Shown piece after piece: positions 29,916-41,106 of a DNA stretch of 64,000 nucleotides. The translations under genes and the position numbers were made by a program. The notes under the pieces were generated by a model that did no database searches, was not told where the DNA came from, and was given only the letters and a program-made list of their open reading frames with translations. The stretch covers positions 10,008-74,007 of the forward strand of contig VMER01000003.1 in the NCBI GenBank assembly GCA_007375645.1, written 5' to 3'. The stretch's first letter is position 1. Every line of letters begins with the position of its first letter. The DNA comes from Parcubacteria group bacterium LiPW_15 (GTDB lineage Bacteria; Patescibacteriota; Minisyncoccia; UBA6257; 2-01-FULL-56-20).

Positions 29916-30230
29916 ATGAAAAATAAACTTTGGGCAGTGGGAATCGCCGAAGCGGCAGGAGTCGCTTTGTACATCGCCTTGTTCGCGTTTCTGGTAGAAA
30001 AAATAAGCCTTTTTGCCAAGGGATTCGCACCAACCCCCATGACATCAATGGTGTTATTCCTGCTCGCCTTTTCCGTTTCAGCTCTTATTTGCGGGCTTAT
30101 AGTTTTTGGCTATCCTTATCTCCTATTAATGGAAAACAAAAAACGCGAAGCTGTTAAGATCATCCTTTGGACTGCCGGCTCTCTTGCCATAATCCTGCTT
30201 ATTTACGTCTTCGTGCTCGTCGGAGTATAA
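29916..30230 (+). CDS. small membrane protein
   Basis: 104 aa with 3 TM helices. Confidence 0.35.
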   Translation: MKNKLWAVGIAEAAGVALYIALFAFLVEKISLFAKGFAPTPMTSMVLFLLAFSVSALICGLIVFGYPYLLLMENKKREAVKIILWTAGSLAIILLIYVFVLVGV

Positions 30231-30240
30231 TTACGGCCCA

Positions 30241-30747
30241 ATGGATCAGCCGCCCAAAGAAAACCGCTCCCGATTCGCGGATATATCCACGAGATGGCTG
30301 GGTTCGATACCCTCGCTTATCGTTCACACGGTTATTTTTCTGGCCGCATTTGGATTCATCCTGGCCGGCTCCCCCACCGACGAGGTTCTTTTAATACTCA
30401 CAACCTTCGTTTCACTCGAAGCCATATATTTTTCGATATTCATTCAGATGACGGTAAATCGCGCGACAGAAAGCATCGAGGAGGTAAGCGAGGACGTGGA
30501 AGAAATCCAGGAGGAGGTCGGAGAGATAAGCGAGGACGTTGAAGACATCTCCGAAGATGTGGAGGAGGTTCAGGAGGACGTTAAGGAGATCGGCGAAGAC
30601 GTGGAAGAAATTTCCAAGGATGTAGACAAAATCCAGGAAGACGCCGTCCTTGATGACCGCATTGATGAAAAACAGAATCAGGTTCTAGAAAATATTGAAG
30701 TTCAGCTTCAAAAATTACTTCGGGACATCGAAACCCTAAAGAAATAA
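30241..30747 (+). CDS. membrane-anchored protein with acidic decapeptide tandem repeats
   Basis: 168 aa; N-terminal TM helices followed by SEDVEEIQEEVGEISEDVEDISEDVEEVQEDVKEIGEDVEEISKDVDKIQED. Confidence 0.4.
   Translation: MDQPPKENRSRFADISTRWLGSIPSLIVHTVIFLAAFGFILAGSPTDEVLLILTTFVSLEAIYFSIFIQMTVNRATESIEEVSEDVEEIQEEVGEISEDVEDISEDVEEVQEDVKEIGEDVEEISKDVDKIQEDAVLDDRIDEKQNQVLENIEVQLQKLLRDIETLKK
30478..30650 (+). repeat. tandem ~30-nt (10-codon) coding repeats
   Basis: Repeating gaggacgtggaagaaat/gaagatgtggaggaggt units encoding (S/G)EDVEEI(Q/S). Confidence 0.4.
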
Positions 30748-30781
30748 AAATACCCCCGCAGGGGTATTTTTATTTATCTTC

Positions 30782-33700
30782 TTAGGCAATGCTCTGCTCT
30801 ATTTTCTGCACTGCGGTCTTTTTTTCTTCCTTCTTAAAGAAGAGCCAGTATATGGCAAAGATTATGAGAAGCAGAAGCAACAACCAGAGCCAACCCCAGC
30901 CGCCGAAGATGGAAAGAAGCGAGGCAAGTCCGGCCACAGCTCCCCCTCCAACCAGCGCAGTCACATACGCAGAAGTAGTCTGGAACTTACCCTTCTTGTC
31001 CGTCCAATTCATAGTGGAACCGTAGACCAGAGAATCGCCTTTTTCCACATTGTCGCCGATCTTGTTCCTTATCTCCACAATCCCCTGATAACCGGCTTGA
31101 ACCAGGCCGAAATTGTAGGAAAGCGTATTGGAATTTTTACTCGCGAAAGAATTGTTGGAAGCCACGAAACTGACTTCGAGCGGCAAAACTATCTGAAGCG
31201 AAGCATTCGAGAGATCATAACCGCAATCATTTTTGTAGGTAAGAGTGTAAACAGCTTCATCACCCGCATTAACGCCGGACGGGTAAACCGCCGGGGCTAG
31301 TTTAAGACAAGAGCTTCCGATAACAATCGGGGGCTCAATCGGCGGATCCACGGGCGGAACAACAGTCCCGCTGGTTGTGAAACGCGCGATAGAACCATAA
31401 CTCGTGCCCGCAGGAGTTTGAGCGACAATACGGAAATAATAAGTCGTGTTTTGCAAGAGACTCGTTAAGGCAAAGGCGGCGTCTACATATGAATTGCCCG
31501 AACCGATGGCCTGAATATTGGTTTTGAGTCCCAAGGAGGCCGACGGGCCGTATTCAAACCAGGCGCTGCCAACTCCCGAATTCGGATTCGCAGAACCGTT
31601 CAAAAGCGCAGAATTGCGGCCCACGTAGGTAGCCGGCTTAGTCAAAACCGCAGGCAAATTAGTGCCGCCGCCGTTGCCGGTAGTGGAAAACTGATAAGTT
31701 TGACCGTAAGAGGTTCCGTAGCTGTTCTTCGCGACCGCACGCACGTAATAGCTGGTATTCGAAGTCAGATTAGTCACGCCATTCGAGAAATTATAATTGG
31801 TCGTATAGGACGGGATAAAACTGTTGTTGGTGGTGTAAGTCAAAGAATTCGAATTTATACCGTACTCAAACCAACCGACTATAGAATCGTTATTGTTGCC
31901 GTTCGAAGAAACCTGCGCGTTGAACGTCGCGTAATTGTCCCCAAGATTGGTCGGGGTCAAAGTCTGCACGCACGGCGCGCTATTTCCGGAATATCCGCCG
32001 TAGTTATAGTTGTAATTATTGTAGTTACAATTTCCGGAATTATTATTGTTGGTCGTGAAATTATAAATGGAACCGTAAGCCGTGCCATAAGAATTTTGCG
32101 CGACCACACGATAGTAGTAGTTCATGTTACTCAAAAGATTGTACATTTGAGCGGAGACATTCTGAGGCCCCGAATAGTTCCCAAGATATTGGAAACCGGT
32201 AGTTTGGCCGAGAGACGAGGTTTGGCCGTACTCGAACCAATAATTGGTGTTAGAGCCGTTCGGATTCACGGTTCCGTTCATGGTCGCGGAGTTGAGATTC
32301 AGATTGCTTACGTAGTTCGTGGTGACTATCGGAGCGGAATTCCCGCCACAGTTATAAGTACACCCTCCCGAACCGTTGGTCATAAAGCTCAATATCTGGC
32401 CCTGAGTGGTACCGTACTGGTTCTGCGCGGTAACGCGGAAATAATAGGTAGTGTTGTAGCTCAAGTTATAGACGGCATAAGAAACATTCTGCGCGGAACT
32501 CCCCGAACCGATAGATTGATTGCCGGCAGTCTGACCCAAAGAATAAGTGGTTCCGTATTCGAACCAATAACTGGTTGCGGCGTTATTCGGATTCACAAGG
32601 CCGTTTAAGGTTGCATAATTCTGGGCGATATTCGTTGCGCCGTTAGTGGAAGCTATCGGAGCGGATCCTTGAGTCCCGCCGATGACGTTTATGTAGGCAG
32701 TCGCAGTAAGCCCCGAATAGGTCGCGGTAATCGTTGCCGAACCCTGACTCACGCCGTTCACGTACCCTCCAGAGACCGAAGCGACGGAGTTATTGGAAGA
32801 AGACCAGTTGGCGGAATTCGTAACTTCTGTTTGCTGTCCGGAACCGGATCCATCCGCGTCATAATAGGCCCGCAAATTTGTGCCGGAACCATAGTTAACG
32901 GTGGCCGAGGAAGGAGAAATGATAAAGGTAGCCGCACTTCCTCCGTTTTGGGTGGTAAAGCTTAAGATCTGACCATGGCTCGTGCCGTATTGGTTCTGCG
33001 CGGTAACGCGGAAATAATAGGTAGTATTGGAATTTAAGCCGGAAATATTTTGAACGGCTGAAATGTTGCTCGTTCCGGAGCCGGCGCTCTGAGTGAAAGT
33101 AGTTTGGCCCAGAGAAGAAGCGGTTCCGTATTCGAACCAATAACTGGTCGCAAATCCGTTCGGATTTATCTGGCCATTCAAAGTGGCAGCGGACTGATTA
33201 ATACTTGTCGCAGAATTCGTAGAAACCGTAGGCGGATTTCCATAGGAACCGGTCACACTCACGCTAGCCGTAGCGGTAAGGCCGTTGAAATAAGCGGTCA
33301 TGGTGGCGCTACCCTGAGAGATACCGGTCACATAACCGGCCGAGACATGGCGACGGGCGGGTTATTGGAAGTCGTAAAACTCAAAACAGTTCCGCGAGTG
33401 GTGCCGTAGGAATTTTGGCAAGCAGCGCGAAAATAATAAGTGGTGTTCGCGGACAAGCCGGAAATGGTTGAGTTTAAATTAATTCCGGAATTGCCGGATC
33501 CGATATATCGATTCCCCGCAGTTTGGCCAAGACCGGCACCCGCGCCATATTCAAACCAGCAGGAAGTTGCGGAACCGTTTGGAGTTCCATAACCATTTAA
33601 GGTGGCGGAATTTTGGCTGATGCCGGTGGCATTATTGGTAGAAACTGTCGGCGCAGAACCGGAAGGAGGGGGCGGGTTTACCGCGGTCACACTCACGCTA

Positions 33701-34786
33701 GCCGTAGCGGTAAGGCCGTTGAAATAAGCGGTCATGGTGGCGCTACCCTGAGAGATACCGGTCACATAACCGGCCGAGACATTCGTAATTCGCATGCAAA
33801 GTGATGCCGGAACCGACATTCACCGTAGCCGAAGACGGAGTGATGTTGAGAGTCGGGTTGGCGACGGGAGTGGGGTTAACAGAAATGGTTTTAGAACAAG
33901 TGGCGCCGAACCATTCCACGGCTTCCTGAACCATCTGCCAAGCAAAAACTTTATTGGACGCCGAAGAAACCGTCGGTGCAGTGGCGGTGAAAGAAAAATT
34001 GGCGGTTTGTCCGGGCGCAATCGGCGAAAACGGCAGGCCCACGCGGCCCAAACCCCAAATCTGATTGTCTTGCGGATTTTGCGAGCCCAAAAAATAACCG
34101 CTGGTCGGCCAAGTGCCGGTCGTCCAAGATTTGGTACCGGTATTTTTCATACTAACGCTCGCGGAAAAAGTCTGGCCGGAATTGACGCTCGATGGAGCGT
34201 TTACAGAAAGACAAGTTGCGCCATTGGTTCCGATCGGAGGCTGGCCTTGGCCCATGGTTTTATATCGCGCGACCAGATATCCTTGGCTTCCCCAGCCCGG
34301 AGTAATATTTCCCAAAATAAAATTGGTCGGACCGCCCTGCGCTCCGGTAGGATTAGTGGATTGATTCGGATACCACTCGGCGGAATCGAAAGTGAGCGAA
34401 GTTATAGTTTCGCCGGCTGCCGGATAAACGGATGCGGAGCCGTAAGCCGAAGGAGCATTATCGGCGGAAATTGTGCCGTTCGCGGAAACTCCGGAACCGT
34501 AATTGAAAGAAGCGATGGCATGCGTGTTATTCGCGGTCTGGTCGCCGGTGTTGTGATAGTAAAAAACAAAACTGACTATGTCGCCCACATGGACGTTTGA
34601 AATACTCGAGGACCAGTTCGTAGAACCCGGATTTTGGGTATAGTTTGAGACCCTGAGGGTCGGTTTATCCAATGGATCTGTGTTAAATTGCGCGCCGGAG
34701 GCCGAAGAAGCCAATGGGCTCGCGAAGAGCGAAAACAGCGCGAAGGCGACTGCCATCGACTTAAGATTGATGATTTTTTTAGTCAT
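30782..34786 (-). CDS. large cell-surface repeat protein (signal peptide, Big_2 Ig-like and Fn3-like 'TTYYFRV' repeats, DUF11-like region, C-terminal TM anchor) split into 3 ORFs by two frameshifts
   Basis: ORFs 33743..34786, 33328..33819 and 30782..33331 lie on the same strand in shifted frames; the N-terminal signal peptide MTKKIINLKSMAVAFALFSLFA is at the 34786 end; the C-terminal TM helix GGWGWLWLLLLLLIIFAIYWLFF is at the 30782 end; each frame break is immediately adjacent to one copy of a 98-nt perfect repeat. Confidence 0.5.
33251..33348. repeat. 98-nt perfect direct repeat, copy A (Big_2 domain coding)
   Basis: Identical to 33685..33782 (ggtcacactcacgctagccgtagcggtaagg...ggccgagacat). 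Confidence 0.8.
33685..33782. repeat. 98-nt perfect direct repeat, copy B
   Basis: Identical to 33251..33348. Confidence 0.8.
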
Positions 34787-34940
34787 TTTTTTGTTTTTTT
34801 AATCTAACTTTGCGTGCCGCAATTTTACCATATAGGGGTTCTAATGTCAATACAGGAAGCTCCTTCCCCTCGCTGCCTATATTACCCCCTTTTCCAAATA
34901 AAAAAAGGCCCCGGCCGTTGGGCCAGGGCGAGGGAAGGAC

Positions 34941-35714
34941 TCAAAAACGAATGATGAAGTTCCCGGGGTTGGGAGACGGGCCGTTCGGCGGGTCAGAAGA
35001 AGGACCCTTGTCCCCTCCGCCTCCAGAACCCAAGGCGATGACCAAAATGACGATCACCGCCGCACCGATGCCGACGTAGAGCAGAGTATTGTTCTTTTTT
35101 CCGTTTCCAACACCATCGAAAGGAGCATTCGCCTCGCGTTCGATGATGACGACCACGGGTTCGAGCTTCTTGGGCCCGAGATCCTCGAGCTTGAGTCCGA
35201 GATGGAATTCGCGGTTGTAGTCGGTCACCGTGAGCGGTTCGATCGGCTTCTTGAAGTCGATCAGGGCAGCTGCTGCCGGCTTCTCGTCCACAGAATCTCG
35301 GCACTCCGGATATCCTTCTGGATGCCAATTCGTTGGATGAACCCAGGAGCCGATGGACCTGTCCCAGGCCTGGTTCAGAGGATTTCCACAGCCGTATATC
35401 CACTCTGGGGCAAGTAGCAGCGGGTCAGCGGACAACTTCAGCGCAACGAGTGCAGTCCCCTTATGGATATATCCGGACGAACCCTGACCGGGTTCGGTCC
35501 CTCCGCCAGCGAACGCACTTTCGATAAACTCGTCGTATTTGAGTCGAAGGAGACAATAGCGGCTCCAGTCCACCTTGCGCCCGGGCTCCACTGGCCTCGT
35601 GTTCAAGGCGAGGTAGTGTTTCGTTCCTGTGGGCTGAGACGGCTCTGCCGCGCGCGCCGGAAACGTGTAGAGGACCGACGCGACCGACAACACAATCGAA
35701 AGCACTTTTCTCAT
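34941..35714 (-). CDS. secreted protein with a C-terminal membrane anchor
   Basis: 257 aa; signal peptide MRKVLSIVLSVASVLYTFPARA; C-terminal hydrophobic stretch followed by a Gly/Pro-rich tail. Confidence 0.4.
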   Translation of the reverse strand: MRKVLSIVLSVASVLYTFPARAAEPSQPTGTKHYLALNTRPVEPGRKVDWSRYCLLRLKYDEFIESAFAGGGTEPGQGSSGYIHKGTALVALKLSADPLLLAPEWIYGCGNPLNQAWDRSIGSWVHPTNWHPEGYPECRDSVDEKPAAAALIDFKKPIEPLTVTDYNREFHLGLKLEDLGPKKLEPVVVIIEREANAPFDGVGNGKKNNTLLYVGIGAAVIVILVIALGSGGGGDKGPSSDPPNGPSPNPGNFIIRF

Positions 35715-36018
35715 TTACTCTTCCTCCCATTCTCAAGGATCGCTAAGACTGCCAAAATAGTATCATAAAATTTATATACGTCAACACGGAACCATTTCTC
35801 CGCCCCGTCCGTTATATTGGGTAGGTCGATGATTTACGCGTGATTTTAGCGCGAATTTCGCTGCTTTTAAGGCTAAGGTATAATATAGATGTCGATCCCG
35901 ATAGAGATTCGAAAAAATATTTCGTGGCCGCTTCTTCACGAACGGCACAAAAACGACCGAATTATTTTCTGAGACTCATAAAATTTCTCGCGGGATAAAT
36001 AAAAAATAAATTAAAAAA

Positions 36019-36807
36019 ATGGAACAAAAAATAAAAAACTATCTAGGTATCGCCGGAACAGTCGGAATAATAATAGTGGCCATAGCCGGCTGGAGATATG
36101 TCGGAGCCTATGCCGATTCGCTGCAACCCGGAGCTTATCGAAGTTTTAGCGTCTCCGGAGAGGGAAAGTCCGTGGCCATACCGGATATCGCCACCTTTAA
36201 TTTTGGCGTGATAACCGAGGGTGGAAAGGATATTGCCTCTCTTCAAACCCAGAACACCGATAAGACCAACAAAGCTATCGGCTACTTGAAGGCGCAGGAC
36301 GTGGACGAAAAAGACATTAAAACCTCCGGTTATAATGTCGAACCCCGCTATCAGTATTCCAGCTGCAGCTACATAAGCAGCAGAAGCGATACTGCTTGCC
36401 CTCCGCCAACCATAGTCGGATATACCATCACCCAAAGTGTGACGGTCAAAGTACGCGATCTTGAGAAAGCCGGTGATATCTTAGCCGGAGTGGTAAATAA
36501 CGGCGCGAACAACGTTTCACAGCTGAACTTCACCCTCGATGATCCGGAAAGCGCGAAGACCGCGGCCCGAATTGAAGGCTTCAACAAGGCCATGGCCAAA
36601 GCCAAAGAGATCGCCAAGGAAGGAGGATTCCGCCTCGGTCGGTTGGTTACCGTGAACATCGGAGACAACAGCTCGCCCGTCTATTATGGAATGGGCGGCT
36701 ATGCCGCTGATTCGTACGCCAAAACCGCCTCGGTTCCGTCTCCGATAATCGAAGTCGGTTCGCAGGACGTGAAAGTCACCGTATCCCTGACTTACGAGAT
36801 AAAATAA
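36019..36807 (+). CDS. SIMPL-domain (DUF541) protein
   Basis: 262 aa; N-terminal TM helix; 'RSFSVSGEGKSVAIPDIATFNFGV...' and overall periodicity typical of the SIMPL/26-kDa periplasmic immunogenic protein family. Confidence 0.5.
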   Translation: MEQKIKNYLGIAGTVGIIIVAIAGWRYVGAYADSLQPGAYRSFSVSGEGKSVAIPDIATFNFGVITEGGKDIASLQTQNTDKTNKAIGYLKAQDVDEKDIKTSGYNVEPRYQYSSCSYISSRSDTACPPPTIVGYTITQSVTVKVRDLEKAGDILAGVVNNGANNVSQLNFTLDDPESAKTAARIEGFNKAMAKAKEIAKEGGFRLGRLVTVNIGDNSSPVYYGMGGYAADSYAKTASVPSPIIEVGSQDVKVTVSLTYEIK

Positions 36808-36867
36808 AAAGGGATCTGCAACACAAAACCCCCGGAGAATTATGCCAGGGGCTTTTGTTTATCTGAG

Positions 36868-37164
36868 CTAGGGAGTGCTGGTCGAAGTGGTCGTATTCTC
36901 GCGCGGAACCAAGATCATTACTTTTTCGTCCGGACTCTGATAGTGAAACCGGGCGCGCAATTCTTTCTCCAGGTTTTCCGGAATGGAAACGTAGTTGAGA
37001 TCGGCCTCTAGCCGCCCCCTCTCCGTTTTAGCCTGCTCCAATTCTTTTCTGGCTTCTTCAAATTGCGCGCTGACGGATACCCTCTGCCCCAGAATAGACC
37101 TTATCTCCATCCCCGCAAAAACAAGCAGGGCCATAAATATTACTATCAGGATATTCTTAAGCAT
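36868..37164 (-). CDS. FtsB/DivIC-like septum formation initiator
   Basis: 98 aa; N-terminal TM helix then coiled coil (EEARKELEQAKTERGRLEADLNY). Confidence 0.4.
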   Translation of the reverse strand: MLKNILIVIFMALLVFAGMEIRSILGQRVSVSAQFEEARKELEQAKTERGRLEADLNYVSIPENLEKELRARFHYQSPDEKVMILVPRENTTTSTSTP

Positions 37165-38957
37165 TACTTCTTAAGTATCTCTCGAAATACTTCCGGTGTC
37201 AGGTTCACTTTTCCCCTCTCGAGGAGCCTTTCCTTTCCCCTCTTTTGCTTGCGCCACAATTTCATCTTGCGGGTTATATCCCCTCCGTTTTTTCCGAAAT
37301 CACCGAGCTGTTTCTTGGCTGCGGCAATAGTTTCCCTGGCGATGATCCGCCCCTGAGTTTGCGCCTGTATGGCCTGGGTAAATTGAGCCTTGGGTAAAAG
37401 CTCCTTAAGGCGCTCGACAGTGGAACGCGCTTCGCGCTCAAGTTCCGATTTTCGGACAACTCTTGTGAGGGCGGGGACAACATCGCCCGCCACCAGGATA
37501 TCCAATCTTTCGGCATCCGTTTTCCGCTCTCCAGCCAACTCGTAACTGAAAGAGGCGTATCCGGCGGAAACGGATTTCAATTGGTCGTCAAAATCGCGAA
37601 TTAATTCGGAAAGAGGCATTGTTCCGGTTATCAGAAGATTCTCCCCGACATTATGCACCTCTTCCACATTAACCTCGTACGCGGTCTGGATGGAAAGCAC
37701 TTTTTGGAGATAGTCCTTGGGCGTTAATATCTCAACTTTTATTATCGGTTCCCAAACTTCATCCGGATTTTCTGGAAACGCGTGCGGTTCCTTAACAACT
37801 TTCTCGGAGGCCCCGACGCGTACCCGGTAAGCTATGGTCGGAAAACTGGTTAAAAAGTCCAAACCGAATTCGCGCGTCAATCTCGCGGAGGTTATTTCGA
37901 AATGAAGCTGGCCCAAAAAACCTACTTTGAGTCCGCGGCCCAAAGCATCGTTGGAATCCGGCTCAAAGGAAAGCGCTGCGTCGGTAAGGCGAAGTTTTTC
38001 GAACCCTCGTTCTAGCTCTTCAAATTTAGTGGTCCCGTCCGGATAAAAAGAGATAAACACGGTAGGCACCGCGTCCCTGAATCCGGGAAGGGCATGGGAT
38101 TTCAAATCCTTTGGAGAATCGATCTTCCGACGAACCAAAGTGTCTCCAATTTTTACGAGCGACGGCTCTTTAAACCCGGTGGCGATATAACCTATTTCCC
38201 CCGCCTTTAATTCCGAGACGGATTTCAACTCCGGCAAAAAACAGCCCACTTCTTTTATCTTAAAATCCTCACCGGTAGCTAAAAGCTCGGCGACATCCGC
38301 AGCCGTAAAGGTTCCGTCGAACACGCGCACGTAAGCCAAAATGCCTTTGTGGTCGTTGTAGAGCGAGTCAAAAATAAGCGCGCGGCTTACTTCGCCTTTC
38401 TCGGAAACCTTGGGCGGAGGAACATTCTCTATGACCGCGCCCAAAAGATCTTCCACTCCCGCGCCGGTCTTCCCGGAAATGCGAAAAATATTTTCCGGCT
38501 CGGTATGCAAAAGCTCCGCCAAAGCGTAAATGGTTTTCTCAAGATGCGGCACATTCAGATCAATTTTATTGACCGCTCCGATTATTTTAAGACCCGCTTT
38601 TTGGGCATTCCTTAAATTGGAAAGCGTTTGAGCCTGGATGCCCTTGGTCGCATCAACCAAAAGTATCGCTCCTTCGACGGCCATTAGTGCGCGGGAAACT
38701 TCATACTGAAAATCCGAATGTCCCGGGGTGTCGATAAGATTTAAAATATATTCCGTTCCTTTGTAAGAGTAATCCATCCTGACCGGAGCCATCTTAATGG
38801 TAATACCGCGCTCGCGCTCCAGATCCAGTTGATCCAGATATTGCGCACGCATGCGCCGCATTTCCACCGTCCCGGTGACCTCAAGAAGCCGGTCCGCGAG
38901 GGTGGATTTGCCATGGTCAATATGGGCAATGATTACAAAATTTCGAATGTCATTCAT
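37164..38957 (-). CDS. lepA: translation elongation factor 4 (LepA)
   Basis: 597 aa; N-terminal IRNFVIIAHIDHGKSTLADRLL G1 motif; characteristic EF4 C-terminal domain. Confidence 0.9.
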   Translation of the reverse strand: MNDIRNFVIIAHIDHGKSTLADRLLEVTGTVEMRRMRAQYLDQLDLERERGITIKMAPVRMDYSYKGTEYILNLIDTPGHSDFQYEVSRALMAVEGAILLVDATKGIQAQTLSNLRNAQKAGLKIIGAVNKIDLNVPHLEKTIYALAELLHTEPENIFRISGKTGAGVEDLLGAVIENVPPPKVSEKGEVSRALIFDSLYNDHKGILAYVRVFDGTFTAADVAELLATGEDFKIKEVGCFLPELKSVSELKAGEIGYIATGFKEPSLVKIGDTLVRRKIDSPKDLKSHALPGFRDAVPTVFISFYPDGTTKFEELERGFEKLRLTDAALSFEPDSNDALGRGLKVGFLGQLHFEITSARLTREFGLDFLTSFPTIAYRVRVGASEKVVKEPHAFPENPDEVWEPIIKVEILTPKDYLQKVLSIQTAYEVNVEEVHNVGENLLITGTMPLSELIRDFDDQLKSVSAGYASFSYELAGERKTDAERLDILVAGDVVPALTRVVRKSELEREARSTVERLKELLPKAQFTQAIQAQTQGRIIARETIAAAKKQLGDFGKNGGDITRKMKLWRKQKRGKERLLERGKVNLTPEVFREILKK

Positions 38958-39020
38958 TTTAGCGATTGAGGATTGAGATAAGTCTATGGAAGATTAAGTG
39001 AAAACCGCCGCACGCACAAG

Positions 39021-41033
39021 TTAAATCTCTTTTTGAAGAGTCAAAGAGATCACAAGCCTCGCGGGTATGTCCGTATTTTTATATTCGAATACCGGAGAGC
39101 CGCTTTCTTTCCAGACAAATCCCACTGGCGCGGCAAAGGAAAAATTGTATTCCGAATTCACGCCGGCCTGCTTGTCCATAACGAACTGGTAGACAACGCC
39201 CTCGGCGGGAGACAAAAACAGTCTGTGGGAATAATCATAAGAAAGTTTGCTCGTCTCGCCTCTCGCTGTTTTCTGCCAGGCGGCCAAAACCGTTTTGCCC
39301 GCCTCGGAAAAAGTAGTTAGCCACGAAAAATTTTCTGCCGGAGCAGCCGTAGATTCTATAGCCTCCACCAAAGGATCGACGTAATAGCCGGCAGTTTTGT
39401 AATTTATCGGGGCTTTTACGGTTTTTTGTATCCCGCCCTTGGCGCCCGAGAGTTTTCCGAGCGAGGAAAGAAATACGCGCACATAAGATTGATTAGCCAC
39501 CCTATACCACCACTTATCCGTTGATTTGGCGTTATTCTTCCTTAATATTTCCAGATGATTGCTCACTACGCCGTCCGAAGATATCTGGCTCTCCAACGCT
39601 ATCTTTTGGCTCATAACGTAATCGCTCTTGCCGCCGCCCACATTAGCAATCACCACGGAAAGATAATCTCCCTCGAACCTCTGCGGCACTTGAAATACGG
39701 AACCATCCGCTTGTTTATCTTTAAAGATTGCCTCCATCTCCTCATCGCCGGCCCAAAGCATTATATCTTTGGACTCCACCCTAGAAACGATCGCATTCAG
39801 CATTTCTTGTTCCGAATCAGCGCCCAACGCGACAAGCTTTGGTATCAGAGCTGCAAATATCTCATCCAAAATATTCTTTGCGTCCGAAGATCCAACGTCT
39901 TGCCCCGCCTGAACCTCGGACTGTATCTCGGACAAAAAATTATTCTCGTCTATCGCCGCCTTGGTGCTCGAAACATTGACCGGTCCCGTGGTCCGAAAAA
40001 TATCCGCGATAACCTCGGGCGAAACAACCGCGATCAGATCGACTCTCGATCCGTCATCGCCATAAAGCTTGGAAGAATCCATGAACTCCGCAGCTTTTGA
40101 GGCGGAATCCGGAAAATTAAAAAACCAGTTGGAATCGGCCGTGCGCCAATTGGTAACCAGAGCCTGAAGCGGTTTTGGCGGAACGGTCTTAAGTTCCAAT
40201 GTGCGATCCACTTCGTTTATGTCCCGCATTTCAATATCCGCGAGCTTGCCGCCCTGCACATTTATTTCCGCATAGCTCCCCCAGAAACCTCCGGTCGGAC
40301 GCATCTCCGAAGTGTTTTGGAGAAAAACGATTATTTTTCTGTCGGAAGAAAGCCAGCCGACCAAGGAGTTAAGCGCATTCCGCCAGGAACTTAATTCTAA
40401 TTTAAGATTTAAATATTCTTGCGGAGAAATATTTACCGCGGCCGTTAGATCGCTTCCGGACATGTCGATAGATTCTACCGCGGAGTTTAAAGCGGCAACA
40501 TCTTCGCTTATCCCCCGAAGAGGAGTGAGAATATCTCCCTCGCCGCCGGAAAGGAATCCGGAGATATTGGCCTTCAGCGCCACCGCATCCTGCCCCAGTT
40601 TCATCCAAGCAGAAATACCGCCCATAAGTCCTTTGTAGGCGCCGACGCCCCCCTTAAGAAGCGGCCAGAGTTTAGTTTCGATATCGCTGAAGTTTTTTAT
40701 TTCAAAACTTCCGCCCGGCAGACCCAGCCCGGCAGAGAGGCCGGAATCTGCAATATCTTTCCCCGCCTGTTTGAAAAAAGCTTGCTTTGATTGGTATGCG
40801 GAAAACAGCCAGAACCCCCCGCCGAACACCGCGAAGACAAGAAGCGACAGGAAAATGCTTTTCCAGGGTATTTTGGTTCTTAGGTCAGGCTTCGAAATTC
40901 CCTTCGGCGCGAAAATTTCTTTTTCCGAGAAATGCTTTGCGCCTTCGCCCCGGATAGATTCTCCGGCCCGGAGGACCTGAGGAGCGCGGACATCCATCAT
41001 TTTTTTAAAGATATTCTTCTTTGGAACTTTCAT
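39021..41033 (-). CDS. large membrane-anchored extracytoplasmic hypothetical protein
   Basis: 670 aa; single N-terminal TM helix (IFLSLLVFAVFGGGFWLF); no catalytic motif recognised. Confidence 0.4.
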   Translation of the reverse strand: MKVPKKNIFKKMMDVRAPQVLRAGESIRGEGAKHFSEKEIFAPKGISKPDLRTKIPWKSIFLSLLVFAVFGGGFWLFSAYQSKQAFFKQAGKDIADSGLSAGLGLPGGSFEIKNFSDIETKLWPLLKGGVGAYKGLMGGISAWMKLGQDAVALKANISGFLSGGEGDILTPLRGISEDVAALNSAVESIDMSGSDLTAAVNISPQEYLNLKLELSSWRNALNSLVGWLSSDRKIIVFLQNTSEMRPTGGFWGSYAEINVQGGKLADIEMRDINEVDRTLELKTVPPKPLQALVTNWRTADSNWFFNFPDSASKAAEFMDSSKLYGDDGSRVDLIAVVSPEVIADIFRTTGPVNVSSTKAAIDENNFLSEIQSEVQAGQDVGSSDAKNILDEIFAALIPKLVALGADSEQEMLNAIVSRVESKDIMLWAGDEEMEAIFKDKQADGSVFQVPQRFEGDYLSVVIANVGGGKSDYVMSQKIALESQISSDGVVSNHLEILRKNNAKSTDKWWYRVANQSYVRVFLSSLGKLSGAKGGIQKTVKAPINYKTAGYYVDPLVEAIESTAAPAENFSWLTTFSEAGKTVLAAWQKTARGETSKLSYDYSHRLFLSPAEGVVYQFVMDKQAGVNSEYNFSFAAPVGFVWKESGSPVFEYKNTDIPARLVISLTLQKEI

Positions 41034-41106
41034 TTTATTGATGGGTTTTATCTATTATATAGGGTTTTCTGTCTTTGCTTAAGGCCGCAATTGATATAAT
41101 TAAACA

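Noticed and set aside
31700-32608. 302-aa plus-strand ORF, and other long ORFs (32669..32965, 33104..33409, 33794..34600), antisense to the surface-protein gene
   Set aside because: Arg/Val/Ile-rich low-complexity translation typical of a shadow ORF opposite a Gly/Ser/Thr/Asn-rich repeat gene; no RBS; the sense-strand gene has clear domain repeats
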